Assembly: GCA_964016885.1 (NCBI GenBank)
Contig: OZ024743.1
Span: 181,412,001 to 181,476,000, forward strand
Length of the DNA: 64,000 bases
Reading direction: 5' to 3'
Origin: Eledone cirrhosa
Taxonomy: Eukaryota
The position numbers and the translations under genes are program-made. A model generated the notes under the pieces. It was not told the DNA's origin. It saw only the letters and a list, made by a program, of their open reading frames with translations, and ran no database searches. This document shows positions 12,901-25,268 of the stretch, piece after piece; the stretch's first letter is position 1; each line of letters opens with the position of its first letter.

Positions 12901-13404
12901 TAACCCCTTGAGGCTGTTACACCCCCCTCTATTAGGACATGCTCCTGCATAGTCCCAACGTGCATCTAGGATGTCATTCCAATCCCCCGCTAGAAGCAGG
13001 GAACGCGACGTTCCCAGAAAAGTCTCTAAACGCTGGAAGAAGTCGGGCCGTTCAGCTCCGAAGGGGGGGTAGACGGCGACCAGTCTTAAGGCCGCACCTT
13101 CACTACTACCAACGTCTAGCACCAACAAACGACCCTCCGGGTCCGAGTGCACAACCTGTACGGCAAGACCCAGGTGTTTTTGCAGCAGTACGACAACCCC
13201 ACCCCCACCTCCAGGTTGACAGAGAGATGCATGCACCTCAAAGTCATCGAAGGTAGGGGCCAGCTGCCGCACGACGCTGATCCGAGTCTCACAGATAACC
13301 ATTACATTTATACCACATGACCTGAGGTCATTTAGAAGCTTTGCTTGCTTCCAAGTTGAGCCCAGGCCACGTGCATTTAAACATCCTACTCTTAACACAT
13401 CCAT
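9996..13404 (-). pseudogene. Tx1 copy B ORF2 (APE-RT-CCHC)
   Basis: Starts MDVLRVGCLNARGL; motifs ICET, GDWN, TDH, FRPITLLN, QGCPLS, AYADD, CPRC. In-frame stop at 12835-12837; frameshifts near 12023 and 10800. Confidence 0.92.
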
Positions 13405-13437
13405 GTGGGCGGCAGAGCCAAAGGAGAGTGTAGAGAC

Positions 13438-15352
13438 CTACCTTTCCGCTTCCCGGGGTTCGGGTCGCACGACTTCCATGGGGTCCGGGGTGTTGGGTGA
13501 AGGGGTGTCTTGTGGTGGTGTGGGGTCATCAGTGTGTGGTGGGGTTGGGGTGTTTGGAGTTGTGTTGGGGAGGGGAAGGGGAGGGGGAAAGCTTTTTAGT
13601 AGGACGCGGTTTATGGGTTTGACAGAGGGTGGTCCTACGTCCTCCTTAAAATCCTTTTTTAGTTTTTGGTAGAGGTTCATTGGGATCTTTATTAATTTTA
13701 AATGTGGGTAGTTTTCTGAAGAAACAAAGTTTACACCTTCGGTTTGTACCGAAGGATTATTGTATATGAGTTCATTTAATTTATTATTGTTTCTGTTGAT
13801 GTAAGTATAGTGTAATGTCTTTTTTTCGGATGGTGTGAGTGTTTCGAAGAGGGGAGGGGCAGGTTTTGTTTTGTTTGTTGCTGGAGGGGTGTTTTCTGTT
13901 TTGTTGGATTGTGTTGAGATTTGGGTGGGGGTTGTTTGGCCTTGTGTGTTTTGCACATGTTTTCTTTTTTTTCCTTTTAATCTGTCTGAAGGACTCCGTT
14001 TCTTCCTCCGAATTCGGGGGGATTATCTTCAGTGTTGGAGGGAAGAGGTATGTTTGCTGGTAATGTTTCCGTGTTGGTTTTCTTTGTGGGGGAGATGGAT
14101 GTCACTATGTTGGACTGTGTTGTGTGTTGTGTCTGCGGTGGTTGTGTTGTTTTATTGAGTGAGGGGTTGGGTGGGCCTGTATTTTGTTTTGGGGTAATAT
14201 GTTGTGACTGTTTGTGTTGTGGTGGTGGTGTAGTTTTACTGAGGGACGGGTTGGGTGGGACTGAGTTTTGTTGTTTGTTTATCTGTTGTGGTGGTGGTGG
14301 TGGAGCTGGTGTTGGTAGCAGGGTTTTCTTTTTGTTGAGTTGGGGACAAGCGGCCTTCAGGTGCCCTCTGCCTGCACAGATATGACAGGATGGCCTTCTC
14401 CCCTCCACGCTAATGTTTATATACCCGTGGCCCTCTAATAGGATTCTGTCGGGTATTTGGGCGATGCGTTCAGGCTTCATTTGCACTACCAGCTCTATAC
14501 CTGTTCCACTGAACGCATTGCCTGTGGTTTTCCCAATGGAAATCACGTTGTCATTCACTGGATCGATGAAGCCAGCTATGAGCCAGCAGTAGTCCACATC
14601 TGGCATCATTGCATCCAGCCATATGCGTTGAGTTCTTTTACCCATATAAGATGGATAAAAGGTAAAATTTTTCGAACGAATCGGTGACAAAGCACATTTT
14701 TTTGCCGCCGATTCGTTCTTCATAATAATTGCTAGGCTTCCATAGAGTCTGTCTTTTCTTATGAAAGTGGTTTCATTAAGTACTTCTGTGAGTACTGTTT
14801 TGATATCTGCTTGAGAAGGCTGTTCAGGTTTTTTTAAAGTGTTGTTGATGGTGCGGAACACGACCGTTCTACTTTCAATGTCTTTGGTGAGTTCTTGAGG
14901 CATTTTAACCGATAAAATACCATTCTCTCCTTCACTTATGTATTGTTTGGCGTCTGTGATTCTTCGTGCCACATCTGAAATATTTTCGGGTATATATGTC
15001 AAAGATTTCTTTGTTTTTTGTGCAAATGAAATCTTGACTCTGTCGTCTGCTTTGCTTTCTGTTATGGTGTTATTTTCAAATGTTATTTTTGTGTTTGTTG
15101 TGTCTTTGTTTGTGGTGTTAGTATTGTCATGCAATTTTTCAAATTTTTTTTTTCGTTGTTGGAATCCATGTCCAGATTTGTGTTTTCGTCATTTTTCTCC
15201 GCAGATTCGTCTGTTTTTATTTTAATTTTTCTTTCCTTCTCTATGACGTTAGTTGGGAAGGAAGGGGGGACTAAAGCGTGCGAGCTTACAACTCTTACCG
15301 CTGTCCCCCCACCACTGTTTTCGTTCGCTTTTTTAAAAAACAGGTTTTTCAC
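13438..15352 (-). pseudogene. Tx1 copy B ORF1, frameshifted
   Basis: ORFs 15083-15352, 13977-15134 and 13438-13956; CCHC motif EGRRPSCHICAGRGHLKAAC. Confidence 0.85.
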
Positions 15353-15529
15353 CTCTAGGAGGGGTAAAAATGAGCTGACCCACCGTCTGACAGTTCAGAC
15401 GGGGGGTCAAGCTACACAATAGTATCAAAATTAAATTTGAACTCACAAAATTTCCGCAATAAATTTGAACAAAACTTCTGCGCGAAGTGAATTACATCCA
15501 CACTGTAGAACAGACGACAGCTGGATTGT

Positions 15530-15609
<80 letters not shown>

Positions 15610-16131
15610 GATAGGTAGGTAGGTAGGTAGATAGGTGGATAGATAATTGTGAAAGACAAACTGAAAGTCTAAAATCTATCTTATGAAGTATGTATTGCTA
15701 TTTCCTCCATATATATATATATATATATGTGTAAATATAATCTATTCTTGCCACTTCAGAGAACTATAACTACATAGAACACACTGGTTTACACACTCCC
15801 AGACATACACACACAAACAAACACAAACACACAAACACTCACGCACACACATACACACACTCGTGCGCACGCAAACACGCATACATTACACGCACGCACA
15901 CACACGCGCTCACGCATCACACACATACACACACAATCCGACCCAAATGATATAACCAGTCAATCTTCCTTATCTTTCTGGCCATAAACACAACTTATCT
16001 AATCCGCCATTAATTCTATGAATAAAAACATGGAAAACCTCATTCTGTGGTGAAATGTTAGACATATCTCCTTGAATAACGCCATTACAGAGAAGCTACA
16101 CATTTAAAGAACTATACAAGTATAACTCGAC

Positions 16132-16193
16132 AAGAGCGAAACTGTAAACAACGTAAGTATACCTCGACTTACGTGGTTTACAGTTTCGCCCTT
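16132..16193. other. 62-nt hairpin (27-nt arms, 25/27 complementary)
   Basis: aagagcgaaactgtaaacaacgtaagt-atacctcg-acttacgtggtttacagtttcgccctt. Confidence 0.8.
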
Positions 16194-16196
16194 TCA

Positions 16197-16430
16197 GGGT
16201 AGATAACATAAAGTACCAGTAACACACTGATCGATTTACTCGACTTTCCCCTCCCTCAAAATTATTGGCTATGTGCCTAAATCAGGGAACTATTATATGG
16301 CAAAACGCCGGATAGAATGCTTTGTGGTATTCGTTCCGGCTTTTTACTCTCTAAGTTCAAATCCCGCCGAGGTCAACTTTGCCTTTCATCCTTTCGAGTT
16401 GATAAAAAATACCAGTCAAATACTGGGTAG
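16197..16430 (+). mobile_element. Two tandem fragments of a tRNA-derived SINE
   Basis: gttcaaatcccgccgaggtcaactttgcctttcatcctttcgagttgataaaa..accagt (B-box plus conserved central domain). The same family recurs at 17985, 18578, 25350, 32085, 38340 and 44325. Confidence 0.75.
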
Positions 16431-16551
16431 ATTCTTCCTCTATATCTCTTTCTCACTTCTATTCTGTCACTCTTTCTATTGTATGCACACCTGGAGAGGA
16501 GATGGGCTCTGCCAGGTTTTAAAATGCCCTAGAAACTTAGGAATTACTGGA

Positions 16552-16614
<63 letters not shown>

Positions 16615-16946
16615 CATATAGAGCAAAGTTCACATGTAAGTAGAGCTTCTTAAGTTGAATGGTTCTGAGATGCTGTTTTTAGTGGTCTTTTGATCCATTC
16701 ACACCACTATGAGCTATGTAACACACGTTTTCTCTATGTACAATGCGTGTTTTCTTAGTATTAGAAGTACGGATTATATTGTATGTCCAGCTGCCGACGA
16801 GCCATCTACACGTTTTGTGACGAAACATACTTTAATTTGAGCATTTCCAGGTGTAATAGTTATGTGAATTATGTGAACTTCTCTCTATATACTGATTTAT
16901 TAAGAGCCCAGAATCTATTCCTTGAGCTCAGATGTCAACATTTTTC

Positions 16947-17126
16947 AGACATTTTTTCCAATTCCATCCCGCCCGTCCCCTTAATCTATTTTATTTCTCA
17001 TTCTTTCTTCTGATGAAAGACTAGCGTCCGAAACGTTAAGTCCCTCTTCCTGCTATATCGAGCGTTAACCTAATATATACCTTCCATATACCTGTACCGA
17101 TTGTGTTGTTATTTCTGTTTACCTTT

Positions 17127-17129
<3 letters not shown>
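16947..17129 (+). mobile_element. Penelope-like pseudo-LTR remnant with a minimal hammerhead (family H1)
   Basis: Homologous inverted copy at ~45404-45585; hammerhead core at 17006-17041; ends at (TA)n. Confidence 0.65.
17006..17041 (+). ncRNA. Minimal type I hammerhead ribozyme motif
   Basis: tctt-CTGATGA-a-agac-tagc-gtcc-GAAACGTT-aagt. The second copy (45489-45524, minus) has a perfect ggac/gtcc stem II and tctt/aaga stem I but core mutations. Confidence 0.65.
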
Positions 17130-17180
<51 letters not shown>

Positions 17181-17984
17181 TTATCGCTCTACAGGGCTGA
17201 ATACAATAAATGTAATCTGAGTTTTTAGAATATTAATAATAATATTAGATTCGTTTACAATTATGCAAACAACCTCTTTTAACCCATGTCAGTAGAATGA
17301 GCCCCTCATTCTTGCTCTTGTGTTAGCATGTAAACAGAATTGCAGACACTAATGTTTCTGGGTGATTACCCAGATTCATTTCGGAATCCTTAGGGTTATA
17401 ACTTGGGCAAGTGCCGTTTACCATAAACTAGAGTCAACATATTCCTTGGGAAGGAAATTGTGTTGATGGAAACTGTTGAGATGATTATCAGTTGGATTGT
17501 ACCTGTAATTCAATAGATTATCTTTGTCATACACTGTATCACGCTGAACCCCCTCCCCGAAAATAGTCTTATGGGTACAGCTGTATGTACAATACTTAGC
17601 CACTTACACTTTAACTTCATATATTGAACAACTAGAAAACTCATCGTCGCGTCTTACGAAGGTCCATTCCACATTACACATAATTTTGTTTAACGTCACA
17701 TCAGAGTTATTCGTTCGTATTCAAAGAGACAGTAGTAGCTTATATGTATCTATGTCATACGTAAATTCCGAACTATCTAATTTGAAAGACAAAGAAAGCG
17801 TTTGTAACCTGAATTATTTAATAGTACTACCCAGCAATATGATAAATAAATCTACGAAAGTGTGTTTTCAGTAAACACAGATTTAATCATTCTGTGATAA
17901 GTATAGACATTGCGTTTCACACCAGACTTTTTTTCTTTTACAGAGCTAAATCCCATAGTTTAACAATACTGTCTACTTTTCACA

Positions 17985-18136
17985 GGCTGTGAAATGACAG
18001 AGTCGTTAGAATGTCGGATAGAATACTTTATGGTATTTGTTCCGGCTCTCTGAGTTCAAATCCCACCGCAGTCAACTTTGCCTTTCTTCCTTTCGAGGTT
18101 GATAAAAAAAAAGTACCAGTCTAATACTGGGGTTGA
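17985..18136 (+). mobile_element. tRNA-derived SINE
   Basis: ggctgtgaaatgacagagtcgttagaatgtcgg...gagttcaaatcccacc...ctttgccttt..gataaaa..gtaccagt. Confidence 0.75.
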
Positions 18137-18580
18137 TTCTTCCTCTATATCTGTTTCTCATTTCCTCTCTATCACTTTCTATCTTTCTCTGGAAGAAATC
18201 TGTTGTACTCAGGCCTGGAGAGGGATGGGCTCCGCCATGCTTTAAAATGAGCAAGAAACGCCGTGTGTCAATACGGCGCCCCTTCCACTCTATCAGGAGT
18301 TACTTTTCACAGTGCAGATAAATATTCATCATTTATGAAATAAAAACATTCCATCGTTGATTTTCTTTAAGATGTCGTTGTGTAGTGAGCTCTATAAAAG
18401 TGTATTGCATTCATGGTCCTGTAACCCCTAAGTGAGTCGGAGGGGCGTCATATTGACTTAGGGCGTTTCTATGGCAATTTGTAAACCTGGCGGAGCCCAT
18501 CTTCTTTCCAGGTCTGAAGACAGCAGATTTCTTCCAGAGAAGGGTAGAGAATGAGAGAGAGGGGAAGGATAGAAAATGAG
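18137..18580. mobile_element. MITE-like fold-back element with ~165-bp imperfect inverted arms
   Basis: tctctggaagaaatctg..cctggagagggatgggctccgcca..agaaacgcc..gtcaatacggcgcccctt..gttac is mirrored by gtaac..gaggggcgtcatattgac..ggcgtttct..tggcggagcccatc..ccagg..cagatttcttccagaga. Confidence 0.75.
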
Positions 18581-18732
18581 AGTTCAAATCCCACCAAGGT
18601 TAGCTTTGCCTTTCATCCCTACGGGGTCGATAAAATAAAGTACCAGTAATGAACTGAGACGATTTAATCGACTTCCACTACCCCACCAAAAAAAAAACCC
18701 CAAATTGCTGGCCTTGTGCCTAAATCAAAAAC

Positions 18733-18733
<1 letters not shown>
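18578..18733 (+). mobile_element. SINE 3' portion ending at (ATT)n
   Basis: gagttcaaatcccaccaaggttagctttgcctttcatccctacggggtcgataaaataaagtaccag...gctggccttgtgcctaaatcaaaaacc. Confidence 0.8.
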
Positions 18734-18763
<30 letters not shown>

Positions 18764-18770
18764 GTTATTA

Positions 18771-19734
18771 CTCTTTGAGTCTCAGTCATTGATGTTAGTT
18801 AACTGGAAAGTTTGTTGAAATGAATATCAAGCCACTACCTGCAGCCTCAGATATTCAGGACGTATCGGAGGGTTCTTGCTGTTCCCATCAAGCATGCCTT
18901 TTGAAGCGTTCCAAAAAGCGTGAAGGGGCCAATTTTCTTTAACCATCCCTGGAAACTTTTTGAGATAGTCCCCAGTGCGCCTATGACAATCGGGATCACT
19001 TTGACTTCATGGCAGTTCCAAATCCTTTTTACCTCCCACTTTAAGTCCTGGTATCGGTTAATTTTCTCCCTCTCCTTCTCTTGCACTCTCGTGTCGAATG
19101 GGCAGGCCACATCCACAATCAGGCACGATCTTTTTTCTTTGTCCAAAACCACCAGGTCAGGTCTATTGTGTTCCAGTTTCTTGTCCGTCTGTATCCTAAA
19201 ATCCCACAGCATCTTCACCTGATCGTTTTCTATCACCGCCTCTGGCTTATGCTCATACCACTTCTCAGAATGTGGTAAATTGTTTACTTTTCATAGGTGC
19301 CAGTGGATCACCCTGCCCATCACATCATGTCTCCAGCCCTTATAGTGAGTCTGGGCTAGGTGTTTACACTCGGATACAATGTGAGCCACAGTCTCCTCTC
19401 TCTCTCCACAGATCCTGCACAGTGGGATAGCCTCCTCCTTGTAAATGTGGTGTTTCAACCACTTCGTTTTGAGGGCCTGCTCCTGCACAGCCATTAACAT
19501 TCCTTCTGTAGCCTTTTTAAGGTATCCTCTTTTCAACCAGTTCCATGTCTGTGGATCTCTAAATTCAGTTTTCTCAAAGAAGGTACTATGAAGGGATTTT
19601 TCCTGAAGGCTGCTCTTTCTCCTTGATGTTATTTCCTCCTTGGACATCCCCTGGCCTATTATCCCCTCCTTCAGTACAGTTCTGAGCATTGGCTCCTTAC
19701 TATCAGTCACGTATTTGTGTAGGTTGTTTTTCTC
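18771..19734 (-). mobile_element. R4/Dong-type non-LTR fragment (CCHC + RLE), 5'-truncated
   Basis: ORFs 19291-19710 (CRICGEREETVAHIVSEC) and 18847-19236 (NRPDLVV..IVDVACP..EK..RYQDL..PIVIGALG); (TAA)n on both sides (18734-18770, 19735-19787). Confidence 0.9.
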
Positions 19735-19787
<53 letters not shown>

Positions 19788-19995
19788 GAGTTTGAACGGA
19801 CGTCTTTTTTCTCGTTCTCGTAAGTTTATTTATTTACCTGTCAAAACTTATTTATTGAATTTTTTTGTTGTTGTGTAAGGCATACAAGCCCTTGGACTTT
19901 GCCCTGTGAAGGGGAAAGAATAATATTTGGGCCTTTTGGCCCAAATATTTGAACTCTTTTACATTTTTTTTTTTAATTATCGAAAAAAAAAAAAT

Positions 19996-21902
19996 ATGGC
20001 TGACCACGCCCCCCAGCGATATGTCTGCTGTCGTGCGACTACGACGTAGAAGTTGAGAGGAGCGCTACGGCGAAATTCACAGAAATTGATACAACAAACA
20101 CCACCACAAACAATGTAAACAAAGACACCAATGATAACAACACTGAGAACTCTAATTTTGAAAAAAAAATGACAGTTACAGCGACAATGAAAATACAGAT
20201 AACAAAAAAAATGACAAATGCAACAACAATATCAACACCACTAACATGAAAACAAATAGCGACAACACCAACAGCAACAATACCAACTGCACCGATAACA
20301 ACGGCGGCACCAAAGACAACAATGATAACAGTGACAGTGATAACAACAACAACACCAACAAGAACAACGACAACAACAACAACACCCCCAAAGACAACAA
20401 GAACACTTTCGCTGCGGCAGCAGCAAAAAAGAGGCCATACTTCAACATGGACCTCTCAAAGAAAGATGAAAAGTTGGCCCAGGCATGGAAGCTCATCAAG
20501 CAAGAGCAAACCTGGGCCAACTAAACGGTCCCGGTAGAAGCTATTGAGGCAGTGGAGCGCAGAACGGTGCATTATAGCTACATCTCAGCACAAACCAAAA
20601 GGGCAGCTTTAATCCCACAAGCAGATGTCGAAGTCGCGTGAGGTGCATCAGAGAAGACACCCAGTACATAGAGAGGGGCAGACAGTACGGCACCATTTCG
20701 GTGCTGTTCAAGTCAGAAGCCCTCGCTATGAGACACGCTATCCCACCAGGACTTGACATGTGGTGGCTTCTGGGATGTGTGATTGTGGAGGGGACGGATA
20801 CTGTCCCGATAGAAGTGACCAGAACGGCCAGAGAGGACTGGTCCGGGGTTGACTTGGAGATACTTCTCCAGATCAGACCGGAGAATGTGAAGACAATCCC
20901 GGACCACATCCGCCTTCAGAATGGGACTGTCATTCACATTATGACCGAAGCAGAAGGCCGCATTGTTTTGTTTGTGGGGGAAAAAAATCATTTGCGAGCC
21001 TTCTGCCCTCAACTGCTGAAAGATGCAAGGGGTCGAAATGCTCCACTGCTGCCGACGCCGGGGCGAGGACCACAACCAACACCAGCACCGGCAAAACGAC
21101 CAACAACAACACCAATAGAAAGACCACCACCAACATTGACCACCCAGGGGGAAAACGAGTAAAGTTGTCAAATTCCCCCTCCCCCAAAAATACACACACC
21201 AATAAAAACATAAACACACACACAGACACACTTACAGACACAGACCCCTCATCTACCAGTAGTGAAGATGAGGGAAAACCAAAATCCCCCAAAATACAAA
21301 AAAGGAAACACAATAAAGAAAGAAAAAAACTCAACAAAGCACAAAATCACCCACAATAAAAAAACGCAGACACCACCCACGCAAACATCTCTCCAATAAC
21401 ACCAACATCAACACCACCATCACCATCACCAGAATCCCCCAAACGCAAACAATCGAAACAGACGCAAGAACAAATATACACACAAACATCTGAAACCACA
21501 GACACTGCACTCACAACAAACACAGACACAACCGAAACAACACCACCAAAACCATCTCCACCACAGCCACGCAAACAAATAAAATCACACCAACAAAACA
21601 TACAAAACTTTGTGCTCGTCAGGAGGGCCAACAAGGAACTGATGGCCCTCGTAGCACGAAGTGAAAATATACAAAAAGAGGGGGAAATGTTTAAATCGAG
21701 CACATTTCGCGTGCCGGAAGATTTGGTTCTGGTGCGAATGTCGCTCGATTTATACAAAGAGATACGAGACAGCTTTCTTCGGGACGTGGGAACCCTGAAC
21801 GTAAAACCCACTTCAAGACTTTTAAAGGGGTTCCCAAAAGAAACCCCACCAACTATGGAGGTCGAACCACCCGACCTTCACAAGAGCCCGGAAGGTAAGT
21901 AA
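19996..21902 (+). pseudogene. Tx1 copy C ORF1, multiply frameshifted
   Basis: Fragments FAAAAAKK, RGRQYGTISVLF, HLRAFCPQL and PLLPTP are homologous to the ORF1s of copies A and B; ends ...HKSPEGK*. Confidence 0.8.
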
Positions 21903-21934
21903 ACCTCTCTTCTCTCTCTTTTTAACCTGCCAAC

Positions 21935-24900
21935 ATGGCCGTATTAAGAGTAGGAAGTTTAAATGTTCGAGGCCTGGGATCGTCCTGGAATCAGGGTCAC
22001 CTGCTCAACGACCTCAGGTCTCTAGAAATGGATGTAATTGCCGTCAGCGAGACCAGGATTTCCGACACGCGCGCACTAGCCCCAATTTTCGACGACTATC
22101 AGATCTTTGCATCTGTTAGCCGGCCGGGAATGGGAGGCGGGGCGGCAGTACTGTTTAGGAAAGGCCTGGATCTCGAGGTAAGGTCGATCTTCCGAGACCC
22201 GGATGGGAAGTTGGTGGTCCTGGACGTGAACAATAACGAAGGTGGTGCCTTTAGACTGGTGGCCGTCTATGCCCCTACTGGGGCAGGACGGCCGGACTTC
22301 TTTATACGCCTGGAAGCCTTTCTGGGTACGTCTCGCCCTTTGCTGTTAGCGGGGGACTGGAATGGCATCTTAGACGCACGCTGGGACTGTTTGGGAGTAT
22401 CCGATAGGAGCGGGGTGGGGGGGGGGGGGGTGCAAAAGAACCTGATCAGCCAGTTCCAACTGTCTGACAGGTACCGACTAGATTTGCCTAATGCGCCAGT
22501 GTGGACCTGGGCTAACCGCATAGGGTCATCTAGATCGTATATAGACAGGATATTCATTAGGAAAATAGACAGAAATAGTGTAAGCTGTCCACGTTTTAAA
22601 ACGGTCGCCTATTCAGATCACAAGTTTGTGATCTGTATGGTCGACCTAGATAAGACGCGTAGGTTAGGACCTGGTTACTGGAAGCTAAACATGTCATTTC
22701 CGGCACTTAAGGCTTACAGGGACCAGGTCAACAATTTAGTTAAGAAAAAGTTGACAGGGGGAGTCGTCAACAATAGATGGTGGGGGGGGGGGCTCTCAAA
22801 AGAGAGATTAAAGTAATGTCGATAGAGTTTAGCAAAGAAGTAGCGTTAGAGAAAAATAGAAAGGAGGAGTTGGTAGATAAGTTAGACGAGGCTATTGGTA
22901 GTGGCATTGCAACTGATGTGCTAGCGGCGAGAATGGCATTAGACCATTTCTTCAATGTGAAACACGAAGGTTGCATTGTCAGAGCTAAGGCGCGTGCTCT
23001 GAGAAACGAGGGAGCCAGAGCTGTTCGATGGGCCCGCGTGGCAGAGGCGCAGCGTGGTAATAAAACCACGATTCGGTCTTTGGCGGACCGAGACGAACAC
23101 GAGCTGAGCGATTCCAAGCCTTTCGCCAACAGTTTGCTCGGTTTTTCGGGGAATGTGGCGGGTCAAAGATGGTGGTGGACTTCAATCCCAACCTCGATGG
23201 CTTGCCGCATCTCTCGACGGCTGACGCTGGGCGCTGCGAAAGGCCAATCACTTCAGCCGAGATTCAGGATGCCATTGTAGGCTGCATGAGGCGCAAGTCA
23301 CCCGGTTTGGATGGTCTGCCCTACGAGCTTTACGTAAATATGCCAGACTTGTTCTCCAATCTCCTCGAAGCCCTCTACTGCAACTGGCAGCAGAACGGGA
23401 GTATTCCCAGTACTGTGAGCCGGGGCGTAGTGATGCTTATAAGGAAAGACGAGAACAAGAGGGATACATTAGACAACTTCAGGCCCATAACTCTGCTCAA
23501 CACAGAGTTTAAGATTTTGGCCAGGGTGTTAGCGAAGAGGTTGGCGCTTGTCGTCGGGGATTTGGTTGGGGAGGCGCAAACTTGCGCAATCCCAACCAGG
23601 TCCATACACGACAACCTCCACCCAATGCGATACATCATAGAGAAGGTAGGGTGTAAACCTGGCTTCGGTGGGGCTCTGATCAATTTAGATCAATCGAAAG
23701 CATTCGATATGGTCGACCATCGTTATCTGGAGGCTGTCCTCAAGGCGGCTGGCTTCGGCCCCGTCTTCAGAAGCTGGGTCGCTGCAATGCACAGCGGCAC
23801 CTGTTCGGTGGTCAAAATTAATGGCCACCTCTCGGAACCGTTTCAGGTCTCCCGATTGGTCCGTCAAGGGTGCCCTCTCTCCTCCCTTCTGTACGTATTG
23901 ACTCTAGAGCCTTTACTTCGGAAGCTGGAGCTGTTGCAGGGTATCCAGCTCGAAATGGGACGCACCGGTAAAGTTGCTCGGGCTTTGGTTCGGGTCAGAC
24001 TTCCAGGTGGATAAGAATTGGGAAGAGGTGACGGGTAGGGTAGCCAGTCTCACCCAGAAATGGGCTGGGAGGAAACTATCACTGAAAGGTCGAGCGGAGG
24101 TGGCGAACGCGTACATCGCGTCCGTCATCTACTACCGTATGATAGTCGTCCCTTGCCCCCGTTCGCGCCTCGCCATCTTGGAGCGGCTCCTCTTCAAATT
24201 CTTGTGGAGGGGTCAGGTTCCGCAGGTGTGGTCGCCGTTTCTCAGACGGGCCTTTCCGCAGCGCGTTTCTTTGACTGAGTTGCAGTGCTGGGTCAAGAAG
24301 AGACCGAGACTGGGTAACTGGCATCTGGAATGTTGCCAGGCACTCACTGCCCTCTACCAGGCGGGCAATGAGGTCAGTGGAACTTCCACTCTCGAGTTCT
24401 ATAGAGGATTAGTGGTGGGCAAGTGCGATGACGCACTCGGAGAGGCTCTGGGAGTCAACGAAGTCGAACTAACCAGTCTGTTCCGGAGGACTTTCGAGCC
24501 GGTGACGATGGATAATTTCCAAAAATCCCTCGCTTGGCAATGCTACCGGGGGGGGGGGGGGGGGGCACTGCCGGTTTGAGATAAACTCTACAGGCACGGA
24601 AGTGCTGTCAGACGGACCTGCCCGAGATGCGCGCAGAACGACGAAATCGTTCTGCACGCACTCGTTCAGTGTCCGTGCATTACTGACTTGTGGAGTTATG
24701 TCGAACAGCTGTTGTCGCGTGTAGAACGGACCCGGCTGTCGGCCGAGTCCATAGTGAAGATCGACCCGCCGCCTTCTTTTGGCCAGGAAGGGCAGGAAAT
24801 TTTCCTCTGTCTGGCGGCAGTAGCGTTAGAGGTTGTATGGTGGACGAGGTTGAAAGGACTGAAGACAGACACTTTTCTCTTCGGCCAATCCCTCATCAAC

Positions 24901-25034
24901 TTTTCAAGTTTCACTTGGAAAGGAAGGTGAGGGTGGAGAGAGAAGTGCTGCCCTCCAGTACATTTACTGAAAGGTGGGTGAATGTGGCGAGAATGGCCCG
25001 TATAAGTGGGCCTACTCTGGACATGCGCCTGTAG
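21935..25034 (+). pseudogene. Tx1 copy C ORF2, YADD region deleted
   Basis: Starts MAVLRVGSLNVRGL; motifs VSET, GDWN, SDH, KSPGLDG, QGCPLS; jumps from GIQLEMG straight to the PVKLLG-equivalent near 23960. Confidence 0.9.
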
Positions 25035-25268
25035 ATAGGTAAATTTGAGGAGGAGAAGGGTGCCCTTATAGGGTGCTCTCGAAGCGTCGGGTCGTTCAGG
25101 ATTGGTGGGGTACCTGAGCGAACCCTGGGAATTTTCTTGCTGTATTTTTATTGTTACTTTGTTATTGTTATTCATATTGTTTACTCGATTTTTCTGTAAA
25201 ACCCCACTGTCTTGGTCTTTTGTATTGTCCTCTATATGTCGGCCCGTGTGGCCAATAAATGAAATCAT

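Larger units (their letters stand above)
9782..15530 (-). mobile_element. Full-length decayed Tx1-clade element, copy B, in (TCTA)n
   Basis: ORF1 and ORF2 on the minus strand; (AGAT)n tracts at 9680-9781 and 15531-15607. Confidence 0.93.
19788..25266 (+). mobile_element. Full-length but internally deleted Tx1-clade element, copy C
   Basis: Starts after (ATT)n; ORF1 and ORF2 remnants; AATAAA near 25254, then att(AGT)n at 25267-25314. Confidence 0.92.

Noticed and set aside
17300-17900. Short ORFs as host exons
   Set aside because: No recognisable motifs or convincing splice pairs.
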